A stretch of DNA of 64,000 nt, from the NCBI RefSeq assembly GCF_947568905.1, contig NC_079170.1, positions 15,810,001 to 15,874,000 on the forward strand, in the 5' to 3' direction. The translations under genes were made by a program, and so were the position numbers. Of the stretch, positions 52,000 through 64,000 are shown piece by piece. Position 1 is the stretch's first letter; every line of letters begins with the position of its first letter. A model generated the notes under the pieces. It worked only from the letters and a program-made list of their open reading frames with translations, did not search any database and was not told where the DNA came from. Source of the stretch: Ostrea edulis. Taxonomy: Eukaryota.

Positions 52000-53060
52000 T
52001 TAATGGGATTGATAAATATGAGTTACCTTACCTACATTAGATTCCTAAACTTCATAAAAAAAACTTACAAAGATGCACCGTTAGCGCCAGACTCTGTCGT
52101 ATGCTCTTCACAAAAATATCAACAGCTATGAAGAAGAAACTTCTGTGTGCCATAACTTCTGCCAGAAGTGGTGGAAATCAAATGTAGATTCTAAAAAATC
52201 TAAAGAGCTTTTAGAAAATTTGAAATCGCAAAATGTTTCTGAAATCAACAACATGAAAACGTATGGTTTTTCAACACTTTACTCGACCATTACTCGAAAT
52301 GAGTTAACGACTAGACTTTTTGATAGAAAGTTACTTCTTCAAAAAAAAGGGAAAAAGAACAGAAACAGTCATATCGAGTGATCAGTCATCCAAAAATATT
52401 TCGTTAAACACCACTTTGATGCAATGCACAGGTACTCTAAAGTTGAAATAAAAAATATGCTAGAATTCCTTATTGACGTTAATTAAACATGTTGATGTAG
52501 CTTTGAAGTCTTTGGTGAGAGGTTTTTCCACAGTCTGTTGGAATGCCCATGGGCACAAATGTTGCTGACTTGTTTTTTATATTCTTATAGAACAGAGTTT
52601 ATTCTAAAGCTTCTACATGAGAAGCAAAAATCTCTATATATGGCCTTGAACTCAACATTTAGATATATTGACGACATCTTATCTATCATCAATAATGATT
52701 TTCATTCATATGTCGATTCGATATAGATATGTTCCTGTAAATTCGAAATACACCACACAACCCCCCTAAATCTGCTTCGCTGTTCAAGAGTTTATTGAAG
52801 ATAAATATTAACAGCAAACTAGCAACTGAGCTTAATGACAAACGGGATTATTCAAACTTTTCCATTGTCAACTTCCCATAATTATGTAGCAAGATTACAT
52901 TATCACCTGCATAAGGCGTTTATATTTCTGACTTGATTCTTTTTCTGATCTTGTTCTGCGTATGATCAATTTGTAAACTAAGTCATCCTAATGACAAACA
53001 ATTTGATGTTACAGGTGTTGAAATCGTTTCTTTTATAGTCAGCATTTCGCAAATATTTCA
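52000..53060 (+). mobile_element. Degenerate Penelope-like reverse transcriptase
   Basis: Frameshifted RT core including FLYSY...KLLHEKQKSL...FNSTFRYIDDILSI (YIDD near 52660) and ...DKRDY...IVNFP. Confidence 0.8.
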
Positions 53061-54569
53061 ATATTTTTGTGATTATTAAATATAGGCTTTGGTAAATACT
53101 GGATCCTTTAAGGTTTCTCTTTATTCTAACTTCACGATGGAATGGAATGATTTTACCTTATTCTTTCATATTCTAATGACTTTCGTGAGATTTTCCTTTT
53201 CTTGTTTGAGTCTATGAAAGGTGAAAATAACGAACAGGAATTAGATCTATTTCAATCAAGGAAGAACAGTTCAGCGCATACTCTTACATGTAAACTAGAT
53301 TAAAGTGTTCGTTTCCGTGTTTGAATCTATATTGGACAATTAATGGGGGAAGAGAAACAGTATTTTTAAAAAAACCTTAACAGGAAGAAGGGATTATGCC
53401 TCATAGCAATGTCTCACATTGATGCTTTAGAAATATATTCTATTTTGTCAGGTTTTGTTTTAAAAACATATCAAAACAGGAAAAAATTTGCCTTTTTTTC
53501 CTAAAAACAAAACCCTGCCTCCTGCATATTCCATCATTTCCAGGAATCTGCTTGAAATAAATTTACCTCTGCCATTTCAACATGATTATTACATAGTTTT
53601 GCAGAAAATATTAAAGGCGATACCAACACAAATCCCGAAAACAGGTTTATATGCCTCATCTTTGCTCTTCATATTTAGATTACTTCCTGACATTGAACGC
53701 AAATTAAGGTAAAATGCGTTTAATTTTCAAAACGTAATAAATGAAAAGTTAAATAACAACACTACTGAAAAAAAGTTTCCTACTAAAATCATTTGATAGT
53801 CTTAAATTGTATGCACAGGATTTAAATTTTTTCACATACAAATAAAGATAAATGCTGTATTGATAATTATATATCAGCATAGGAGATATTCTTGGTACGC
53901 TTGCTAAAAAGAGCACTTTTGATAATTGAAATGAATAGCATAAATGCAAAGCTTAAGGTGATATTTCAGTTGTTAGGTTACATGTACCTTCTAAGCATTG
54001 ATATGTATGAACAGGTGGAGTTAAAGAGCAATGATATTATAAGGTATAATATATTGATAATCGCTTCCTCTTCTTGCATTACATAGGATGGATCAAAGTA
54101 CGCTTCACAATAACAAACGAGGAAAGAAATAGATTACGTTAGATACGCAATATTTATCAAAAATGTGATGGACGTGCAGATTTTGATTATGACATATCGT
54201 TTGTTTCGAATTACATAATCAACCATCTGTGCATACATAAAAAGTTCATCTACTTCTCTATCGACTCTTCGTGCGTACAGTTTAAGCTTCATTTTGATTG
54301 CATTGAACTTTTCGTATGCACGTTACGCCGTGGAAATATTATCAATGGATCACAAATGCACTTTCTTTACAGGTAATGTTAAATTTCATAACATACTTTA
54401 GATATTCTAAAAATAAAATACTGATATAAATGACAATGAAGATGCAGAGGTATGAAGATAGATGTTTTCCACTTCTATATCAAATAATAAGAAAGTTTTA
54501 TTTTTGTGAAATATCACAATTCCATCGAAGAAATTGCATCGGATCTAATTAATTTCTATATTTCATGTG

Positions 54570-55345
54570 ATCACTAATTTTCATATTACAAACGTGATAA
54601 AGACTTTATAATCATATTACCCCTTCCCCATAAATAACACAAACTTTTATTTTTTTTTTCATTCCTGTATCTTCATGAAATTAATGCCTCAACGAAACAC
54701 ATTTTGTAGTCATAACTGTAGTATTTCCATGAAATTAACGAATTTAAGTGCTGTTTTACGAATCCGTGAAATTTATAGATTATGAAAATGAATTAAGTAT
54801 GAAATAATGAATAATAAATTAGCATAGTACTATACATAGTACTCTGATTTCATTAATTTTGCTATTTCACGTAATCACTAATTTTCATTAAAACGTGATT
54901 ATGATTTTATTTCATATCACCCCTCCCCCATGAATAACACAAACTTTTATGATTTTTTTTATTCCTGTATCTTCATAAAATTAATTCCTCGACGAAATAC
55001 AATTTCTAGTCATAACGGTAGCATGTCCGTGAAATTAACAAAACTAAGGGCTGTTTTACGAATCCGTGAAATTTATAAATTTATAAATTCTTGGCACACT
55101 GATTTTGACTACGGATAACTCCATTTACCTGATCAGGATATAGGACGCACGGTCGACCGGTCGACATGGGATGCTTACTCTTCTTAGGCACCTGATCCCA
55201 CCTCTGGTGTGTCCAGGGGTCCGTGTTTGCCCAAAATCTCTATTTTGTATTACTTGTGGGAGTTACGAGATTGATCACTGTTCGTTATCTTTACTTTCCA
55301 TGAAAATGAATGAAGTATGAAATAATAAATAAATTAGCATAATAC
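54570..55345. repeat. About 300-bp tandem duplication; the second copy is interrupted by a Penelope 3' fragment (about 55090-55280)
   Basis: ATAACACAAACTTTTAT...ATTCCTGTATCTTCAT...TTTTACGAATCCGTGAAATTTATA...TGAAAATGAAT..AGTATGAAATAAT occurs twice. Confidence 0.75.
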
Positions 55346-56734
55346 TATTGTTTTTATCTATGTGTTTGTTAAATATATCACGAAAATATATAATATATAT
55401 ATGTATAGATAGACAGACAGATAGATAAGAAATGTTTAATGTTATAAATATATTCCTATTGTGTTTAATTATTCAAATTCGGCAGCTTTAAAACTTTAAA
55501 GATGTAATATGTTGAGGTACTTACGTGTAAAATCTACCAATGTTCATTTATGAAAATAATTAAGATATATATTATTTTGAGGTATAAAATATGAAAAAGC
55601 TCTACATGTGAAATTATTACTTAGACAAAGACCACGTTGGAACTATTTGTCTGTCGAGTTTTGTCGTCGGAATGGTTATAAGTCTGACCGTGGGTCTGAA
55701 GTTTTTGCACCACAAACAGAAGGAGAGGGAATACGAAAGGTATGCTTTTAGATAGATTACATCAACAATTTTCAAATTGTTTTTGCATTATAGACAATGA
55801 ATTGGGCTCTCACATAATTTGAAAATCCTGAAACGGTACACGCCATATAATGTTTACATTTTTAAAATGATTAATTAGACTATTATGAAAACAGAATTTT
55901 GTGGTTTGAATAAATGCTGAGTTTATTGATCGTATTAAAAATATGTCATTTCATAAAACTATATATTATGGAGACCATGTCAGATTAGGTTTAATATTTT
56001 TTCAACCCTTCTACACATTTCAAACAAATCAGATACATGTTTGAGCGAAAAAAAGATTATTAGAAATTGTAAACGTATATATCACGAAGTACCCGTCAAA
56101 TCAGCTGAAACTGAGACCGGAAATTACAAAAAGGAACGCGATTGAAAGATAAACTTGGTTTTGTTATTAATAGGTGTCATTCTGCTACTAATTTGTTGTG
56201 AAAACTGCTTAAGATTTTACACCATGTATGGTTTTTACTGATATCAATGTTTGTTACCTTCACCTTTCATCAAGTGATACCAAAGTCCTAATCCTTAATG
56301 ATATGTAAATTTTTATTGAGATAAATTGGAATTTTTCATTTCTCATGAGCGCTCGGAGGAGTACTCTATAAGGATAATCAATTACTTCTTTTGGAAAAAC
56401 GAGACGGTTTATCTATAGATGCATATCACAATACGATCAGAATGAATTATAGCATTATAATTTGTTTTTATCAGTTCTGATGTGGACGTTTTAAGTTCCT
56501 ATGTCACGAAGAGCAGACCATTTGGCATGATACGAAATTACAATCCGGGTGGTTCACTTGTCGATTGCTGAAACTTTAAAATCAGCAGATGTCAATTACC
56601 TTGAAATGAAATAATGTTTCTCGTTTTGAGCAAAATTTATCAATAAAAAAAAGAAAAGAAAAAAAACTCAGAGAATTTTATCACAACTCCGGAGAATAAA
56701 AATTTTCCACGCTTTTCCGCAAAGCTTTTATGTA

Positions 56735-57660
56735 GTCTTTGGAGATCAGGTCTTTCAACAGTATTGAAATTTCAATGGACATACAGATTGGTCTTCATCG
56801 TTATATGACCTGCTTTTGTATTCTAATGAGGTATAATTCAGTCAGATGGTTCTACACGAGAGTCTTGATATTTGAATTTTTCATTGAACATGTAATTATG
56901 TAAACGAGAAACTGATGCAACTTTATGAAAAAAAAAGTCATGATGACTTCTGCTTCTCAATGATCAACGTTTCATATAATTATAATGATATTCCATTATC
57001 ATCTTCATAAGGTATGGATGAGATACGTGAGAGCATGTTTTGTGTATGGTCAAGTTTTAAATGGAGGCAAGCTACTGACAAATAAGTTGATGATACAGAA
57101 ACCATTTCAATTGTTTCGTTTAAAGTCAGCATTTTGCAAAATCTATTGTCGTTAAAATGAACGTATTTGCAATTACAGCTAATACGGAGTCGAGTGCTGT
57201 CTGACGTGTTTCATTCCAATTTTTAACAATTTTTTAAATACTTATTTCATTTGATGATTACTGAGTTTACCTGTTCAAAATATATGATATAGAGTTCCCA
57301 GCAGTTGTGAACAGTTAACAAGTGATGCTGACTACTCCTAGGTATGTGATCCCACCTCTGTTATGACCAGCGTCCCGTGTTTGCCCTGCTCTTAATTTTG
57401 TTTTCTGTATCGGATTGATGATATTGTTTATTATTCGTTATCTTCACTCGATGAGTAAAAGAAAAAGGTGAAGATAATCTCTTAACTCGTATATAGAATA
57501 CAAAGTCAAGAACATGACACAAACGGACCCCCTGGATATACATGAGGTGGTATCCGGTAAATAGGAGGAGTAAGCATCCCCTGTCAACCAGTAACATCTG
57601 CTGCGAGCCCTATGTTTCGATCGGGTAAACGAAGTAATCCATAGTCAAAATATTTGTGTA
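56735..57660. mobile_element. Degenerate Penelope-like RT fragments (plus strand to about 57480, then an inverted 3' piece)
   Basis: TTTGGAGATCAGGTCTTTCAACAG...AGCTACTGACAAATAAGTTGATG...CTGACGTGTTTCAT..., then AAGGTGAAGATAA...GGAGGAGTAAGCATCCCCTGTC. Confidence 0.65.
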
Positions 57661-60600
57661 GAAAACGGTTTCCTTCAACAAAGTTTCCAATCATAATTCT
57701 AAAAAACAATACACGTTTTGGGACAAAAGGTAAATCTCAGAAGAATTTCATATTGACCTCTGTTTTGAGATAAATTGTTGGTGAAGTGGAATGAATATTG
57801 AATTTTTGATATACCGTCGATTGGTCAAATAGGTGTGAAGATTGAATCTTTAGTCTTGATAAACTAGATAAATGTCATTTTAACATTAAAAGTAGAGGAA
57901 TTCTATAATTGGCTCCGAACATTGATAGGACACATTATTGTGGTGCAATTTTACTGCAACTGGTGTATAACGACGATAAAGTAGATTTAGAGAATCAATT
58001 ACGAACGGTATAAACTCCAGAAGAAAAACAGTATTTGAAATCAGTATACAGTTACTAAAACTTGATTAAATGAATGATATTTCACAAACTAAAAGGACTG
58101 ACACATGCTGACAATTGTAAACGCTTTAAAGGCATCGAAAAGCATTTTGATAATGCACTGTCATGTCCCTACTTTACGATATTTATATACTTGAATATTG
58201 GTCCTGAGACCGTTGTATTTTTATAGTTGCTAGATGGAAAGAGAGCGAAATTACGTTGTACCTTCATTCATAGTATTTACTATATTTATCTCTTCTTTTG
58301 TAGAGTTATATGATAAAAATAAAATCGTATGTTTCTGCTGTAATATGACTATTTACGACATCAGGTTTTTCCTATCTTTCTTTGTAGTGTTCAGAGTCAT
58401 CCTATACCATACTCATCCACGTATAGAAATATTTTGAACTCCTCTGTTAATGTAAGTGAATATAGAAATGATATTAAGAAAATAAGACAGGTAATCAAAA
58501 CTGGAAGTATTAAATTCATTTCTTTTCTGTTTAGTATTTTTGCCGTTAAGGATTAAACTATCATTAAATCATTGAATCAAATATAATCATTTGAATCTTC
58601 AGAGAATCGCAAATCCCAGACGAACATTTCGAGGTACGAGTTATGCGAACGAGAATGATAATTACCTGGACCCAGTGCCGAAGAATGCGGATTCAAATTA
58701 CCTTGATCCAGTGCCCTGCCATCGATATTCTGATTACCTTACGCCATCACAAGGTTTGAGATTTAACACTGAGCCGTACGAAAACGAAAAAGTGTTTGTT
58801 GGCACAGAAAGAAATAAACAGAAGAAAACGAAAACTCGGCGTACTCTTGAATATATGAATCTTTCAAAATACAGGGGAAATATTCCCAAGAATGAGTCTG
58901 CTGAAGATTATTTGGAACCACATGCATAAACTTTACCATCACCACTGTGGACAAACAAAGTATGTATCCTAGTGAAAATGCCAATATGCATGTTTGTATC
59001 AGAAAGAAGTTATAAAGATCGAAATGGCTCTTCTTTTCAAACTAATATTCTGTTTTTAAAATTATTTCACTTTGATTTCAGGTTTTGTTTTGATGTTTTA
59101 AGGACACAGAGTGTGTTTCACAGCAGTATTTTTATTTCAACGCGATATCACCTCAACCAAGTACCATTCTCTTCACTTTCAAGGAGTAATTTCTGACATA
59201 TTTTTCCCAAGATAAAGAATGCATATTACAAATATAAATTGACAAACAAAATCTTAACCTATTGTCTTTTTATTATAAAAATCGATTATTTTGCAATTTA
59301 TTCCCAACGTGCGTGTAGATAGTATGTCAATGGTCACGGGGATGATATTGTGTTTATGGTCTATATTTTATACTCCGTTGAATTGCTGGTATGGTTCAAT
59401 TAACGTGATGTCTAAAGTATGCGCTACAATTGTGTCGCTGGGATGGTACAGCTTTTGTCTTGTTTAAAGTATGCTGTAGTGGTGACACTGGATGGTACAT
59501 TTAATATGGTGTCTACAGTTTGATGTAGTGATGGCAATGAGTTGGTAAGGTTATATAGTGAATAAAGAATGCTACAGTTTTGTACTGAAATTTCGAATTC
59601 AATTTTAAAGAAACATGGACATGATTTTTGATCGATTGATATTCGTAGTTCTTTTTCACAGAAATAAAGATCACTTATGAATAAGTGGAATAGAATATTT
59701 TAAATAAGATGTACCATTTTAAAACAAATGTGATCCGGTTTCCCAAAATCATGTTTGCCAGTACGCTTTTCATCACCGGGAAACAATGTGCGGAGGTGAG
59801 AAGACCAATATTTTTCAATAGCATGTCAAACACATTCAACATTTCGACATGCAAAAGAAAGAATTAAAAAGAAAACATTTTTCCACCGCAGCCGTCGACT
59901 TTTGTCCCTACTGGTTGTGTCACGAGACATGTAATCATTAATAGGGTTCATGTGTAAATATTTGTAATTTAGTTTTGTTGCTGTTCACCACGAATCAAAT
60001 ACTATTATTTAAAGGACACAACGCATGTTTCTAAACTTTTTCATTTTTTTCAGCAAAATTAATTCTTTTCATGCTTAAAACTACTTTAAATATGTTTTAA
60101 ATGAAATATTTTGCGTAGTTTTCGAATTTGAAAGCGATGAAATTCAAATCTTGCGATATGCATATTTACTTTCGCTATTTTACGCGCCATTATGTGTGAC
60201 GTCATATGCGCCCTCGGGTTTTAAACATCTATTAGCCATTCCATAAACAGATTAGATTTAATTGACAAAAAGAATTATCACGTTAACGACTTGTAAATAA
60301 TAATGCATTAATATGTTTTGTGCCGTGCTCGGGTTTACTAGTTGTCGGTAGAAAAGATTTAGACTGAGTATTTTTCAATTTTTCGAAGGAAGGTACGTGA
60401 AGAAAGATGTGGATAATTTTTTGTTGGAGCAATAACTTTACCTTAAAAAACAAACACCCAGTCACCTGTTCAAAAACAGCTTCGACAGAGACCCTGATAC
60501 ACTGCGAAAAAATGGATATATCGAAGCTATAAGCACTGGTAGGCCTACAGCATACATTCTGTTTTGGTCTTCAAATTCGATACACACTCGGATCAACTTA

Positions 60601-61624
60601 CCCTCACCTTGTAACAACATATATATAATGTAACTTGTGAGTTTCTACCAACTGGCAGATCAGATTTACAAAAATCTTAATGATACAAAATAATTGAACT
60701 TTTAATTAGATAAGTAATAGAATATTTCATTTCCCAACTTTAAATTGAATTATAAAATTATATCCTCATTCAACTCGTAAAATCTTTCAAGAGTGCGTCA
60801 GTATAACGTCGTTCTCCGACTTCCTAACAACGTGCTGATCACAATTCAAAAATAATAATAAGATTGCTTTATCAAAATAAAATAACGTGATTCCCACTTT
60901 AAATGTGATTATTTTTATTGATTTGTGTTTTTCTTTTTCTTTCTTTCCGAAATGCACCCCTGACAGTAGCTTGGCCTAGGGCCTAGTTGTCAACAATGTA
61001 AAGTATTATAATTTGTCTAATCCAAAAATAAATAATGATTGCACTGTTTATTTTAGAAAAAAGGGCCAATTACAGATGTATAAAGAAATAACATTACCAA
61101 ACAGTTTGTAGACAGCGACCCATATAAACATTATTCACTCGAAATATTGCCAATTTCATACTCGCTTTCCCCGCTATATTAGGGTATTTACATCGCTATT
61201 TGTATGCACTGGTGGCGAAACACATAAAACTCGGGAAAATTTTCAACATCGATTTGAATGTTGCCCATAGTGAATAAACTAGGCCCCTAAAAGCGGAGTT
61301 TTTAATAATATCTCACAATACTTTCACTGTACCACGTGACTACCTACCTAATTACATATACTTGTTTGAAATCGGGGCTTAGATTTAAGTCAGTACTGTG
61401 GTTAAATATCGCAAAATTTCAGAGAACGAACTATTAGAATTAGTTACTATAAGCATAAAGAAGACAAAATGCATGTAATTTTGTATACTTTGAAAACATG
61501 ACATGTGTCCTTTTACATTTGAATATCTACGGAATATTTGGCACCAGAATCCTGTCGACGTCCCTTTAAAAAGAGCTGATTATTTTCATCATAACCCTAA
61601 ATATTCCCCAGAGGCAGATTTAAA

Positions 61625-62260
61625 CTTGACTATAAAGGTAGTTTACATGAACTAATAGTAATCTCACAACTCCTATAAGCAATATAAAATATATAGGTCG
61701 GAAAACACGAACCCCTGGATATACCAGAGGTGGGATCAAGGAGTAAGCACCTCCTGTCGACCGGTCGCATCCGCGGTGAGCCCCATATCTTGATCAAGTA
61801 AACAGAATGATCTGTAGTCGAAATCAGTAGACAAAGAACTGCCTAACAGTCGGCATGAAACACGTTAGACAATATTTAACCAGATGATAGGTTGTATTGG
61901 CAAACTAGATCGTTATAACGACCATATAATTTGCGAAATGCTGACTTTAGATGAGATTGTCAAAGCAATTGCACCATCAAATGACCATACGCAGAACAAG
62001 ATCTTGCGTATCGAATCAGTTGAGATAAAAAACACCAATACAGGTGATAATGGAATATTACTACCTAAATATGGGAAGTTGACGATGGAGATGCTGAAAT
62101 CATCCCGTTTGTCATGAAGTTGAGTTTTTAGTTTGCTGTTGATATCTATTTTCAATAAAATATCTAAATATGAAGCATAAGCGAACAACTTTGTCGAATA
62201 CGTTTTCTAAAGTATTTTTATTTAATTCATCTCTGGAAGATAAGAGTGTTAAATCACATT
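61625..62260 (-). mobile_element. Penelope-like RT C-terminal fragment
   Basis: ORF 61913-62188 contains ASYLDILLKIDINSKLKTQLHDKRDDFSISIVNFPYLGSNIPLSP; the typical 3' end lies at about 61625-61900. Confidence 0.8.
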
Positions 62261-62782
62261 CTCGTTTTCCGCTATGCCAAATTTTAAGGAAAGCTGATGC
62301 TTTAGTCGAACAGACTCGAACAAAAATGAACCCCATTGCCAAAGTATGCAGAGTACCATTGAGTGAAACTGGTTAGGTACTTATTAGAAGATGTTGAAAA
62401 TGGTAGATTTTGTGAAATGCTTTCAGTACTTGGGTATGTTAAGGCAGGTCCAGAAAAAAACTTGCTTGGTCAAAATCCACGAAAATGTGATGTCATAATT
62501 GAATTATTGATATAAGTATCTGATTTTCTCTCTCTCATACACACCGCGCACACACACACTCAGGCACACATACACACAGAGACCCAGACAATCATTGGTG
62601 ATTATAAGTGTTTGCTTGAATGAAAGTGATATAATCACACTTCATGTACATTTTATTCCTACATAAACGTTTTAGGATTTGATGAAGATAATAGTACATA
62701 TGTATAAATTGTTTTGTAATAAAAAGAGTTTCATAAAGAGAGGGTTTTCTGGTTATTTTGGTAATATGTGTTAATGCACTTT

Positions 62783-63258
62783 TGTTTAAATTGTTGAGTG
62801 TTTGATGACTGTTTAAACTGTTCTGTGTGTAATGACTGTTTACGATGTTCATTGTTTGATGATCGTTTAAAATTTTCAGTGTTTGATGATTGTTAAAATT
62901 GTTCAGTGTTTGATTACTGTTTAAATGTGTTAATGCCCCCCCCCCTTTTTTTTTTAATTATTCAGTGTTTGATGACTGTTTAAAATTTTCAGTGTTTGAT
63001 GATTGTTTGAATTGTTCAGTGTTTGATGACTGTTTAAATGTGTTAATACACATTTGTTTAAGTTCTTCCGAGTTTGATGACTGTTTAAGATTTTCAGAGT
63101 TTGATGACTGTTTAAGATTTTCAGTGTTTGACGATTGTTTAAATTGTCCCGTGTTTGATGATTTTTTAAAATGTTCAGTGTTTGATGATTGTTTAAATTG
63201 TTCAGTGTTTGGTGATTTTTTTTTAAATTGTTCAGTGTTTGATGACTGTTTAAATTTT
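62783..63258. repeat. 27-bp degenerate minisatellite
   Basis: Unit about TTCAGTGTTTGATGACTGTTTAAATTG. It explains the (FSVFDDCLN)n ORF at 62965-63288. Confidence 0.9.
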
Positions 63259-64000
63259 TATATTTTACCCCATTTCAAGAATGTGTAAATTGTGTCTCAT
63301 TTTCGGACGGCATAAGATAGAGAACAACACGAACAAGCTACCATAGTTAGAGTGAAGTGGATGACATGAATTTCATTGATAATGTACGTTTTTTTTCAAC
63401 CGCATATAATTTGGGAAATTTTTCAATGCCGAATTACTACATTCATGAACCTCACGCTTCATGTTCATTTGAATGAAAGAATCGACATATAGAGAAACAG
63501 GAGATAGAGAATGGAGCTATGGAATAGATTAAAAATCTTCCTGAATCGTAACTAGTCACAAGACACTGTGACGTCAACATTGGTATTTAATGTGGTTCTG
63601 TGAATCATCGAAACATAAAGGTCTGATGGAGATTTCAATAAGTCCCAGTATAATGGATATAAGTCTTAAATGCGTGTTTCTCATATTACAGAATAAAGTT
63701 GAAGTAGGGGAAGTACTGGTGTTTATCTAAAGTGTTTGGGACTTAGATTATCCATAAATGTGAAGAACTTTAAGCAATGTCTTGAATATTATCTTAAACG
63801 TTGTTAAACACAAATGCCGTACATGCATTCAATTACACACACATTCTCTAATTAGAATTTGTATTTGTTGGTTGTAATATTAGATATTTCTCCCTTAGTG
63901 TATCGTATCACGTTCATTACTTCCGGTTGATGACGAATTTTGTTTTGTTGCTTGACTTAGACGATATACCATCGATATGGATGATTACGGACCCCAAAGA

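Larger units (their letters stand above)
54345..58929 (+). pseudogene. Candidate gene D: partial or broken single-pass receptor with a Tyr-rich tail, head-to-head with gene C
   Basis: Putative exons: 54345-54372 (MDHKCTFFT+G, GTAATG donor), 56174-56225 (VILLLICCENCLRFYT), possibly 56475-56548, a hydrophobic stretch at 58234-58326, 58388-58451 (phase 2 to 0, GTAAGT donor), and terminal 58603-58929 (YLDP, YLDP, YLTP, YEN, YMNL, YLEP). No clean ectodomain exon was found and there is a phase conflict at the transmembrane exon. Confidence 0.45.

Noticed and set aside
57890-58010. Degenerate TM exon of gene D (TLIGHIIV/GAILLQLVY)
   Set aside because: The hydrophobic stretch appears only after assuming a frameshift, and the phases do not fit the neighbouring exons.
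59400-59580. Degenerate tandem repeat (GGATGGTACA recurring)
   Set aside because: Only two or three poorly matching units; the period could not be defined by eye.
60010-61577. Second TTAA-flanked transposon (TTAA-AGGACAC ... GTCCCT-TTAA)
   Set aside because: The two termini match only over the first few bases and no empty site is available, so they may be ends of two unrelated elements.
62965-63288. 107-aa Cys/Asp-repeat protein
   Set aside because: It is fully explained by the 27-bp satellite, has a non-ATG start and shows no splice support.

Overview
This is AT-rich, intron-containing animal DNA, probably bivalve or oyster judging from the SINE and Penelope-type repeats (inference). Most ORFs in the supplied track are exon fragments, antisense shadows or noise. 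The main content, which the track does not show, is a tandem cluster of six 7-exon minus-strand genes that I assembled by hand: A1 3873-8930, B1 11820-15366, A2 25089-29777, B2 32662-36193, B3 38123-41119 and C 46541-50115. All six have the same intron phases (1,2,1,1,2,0). Each encodes a signal peptide, a Cys-rich ectodomain I cannot assign to a known family, one GxxxG/Cys-containing transmembrane helix, and a cytoplasmic tail with conserved Yxx(L/I/V) motifs. The cluster shows signs of active shuffling. B1 and B2 carry the exon 1 and upstream region of gene A and share a CGA>TGA stop that removes most tail tyrosines. B2 and B3 share a near-identical tract covering only exons 2-4. A 5.4-kb TTAA-flanked DNA transposon sits about 200 bp upstream of the B1 start codon. 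A 70-bp upstream unit is present in 1, 27, 1 and 2 copies in paralogous positions. A possible seventh, broken, tyrosine-motif receptor gene (D) lies on the plus strand at 54-59 kb. The window also contains an open PIF/Harbinger/ISL2EU-type transposase ORF running off the left edge, many Penelope-like fragments, SINEs and satellites. All gene models come from manual translation and need RNA confirmation.
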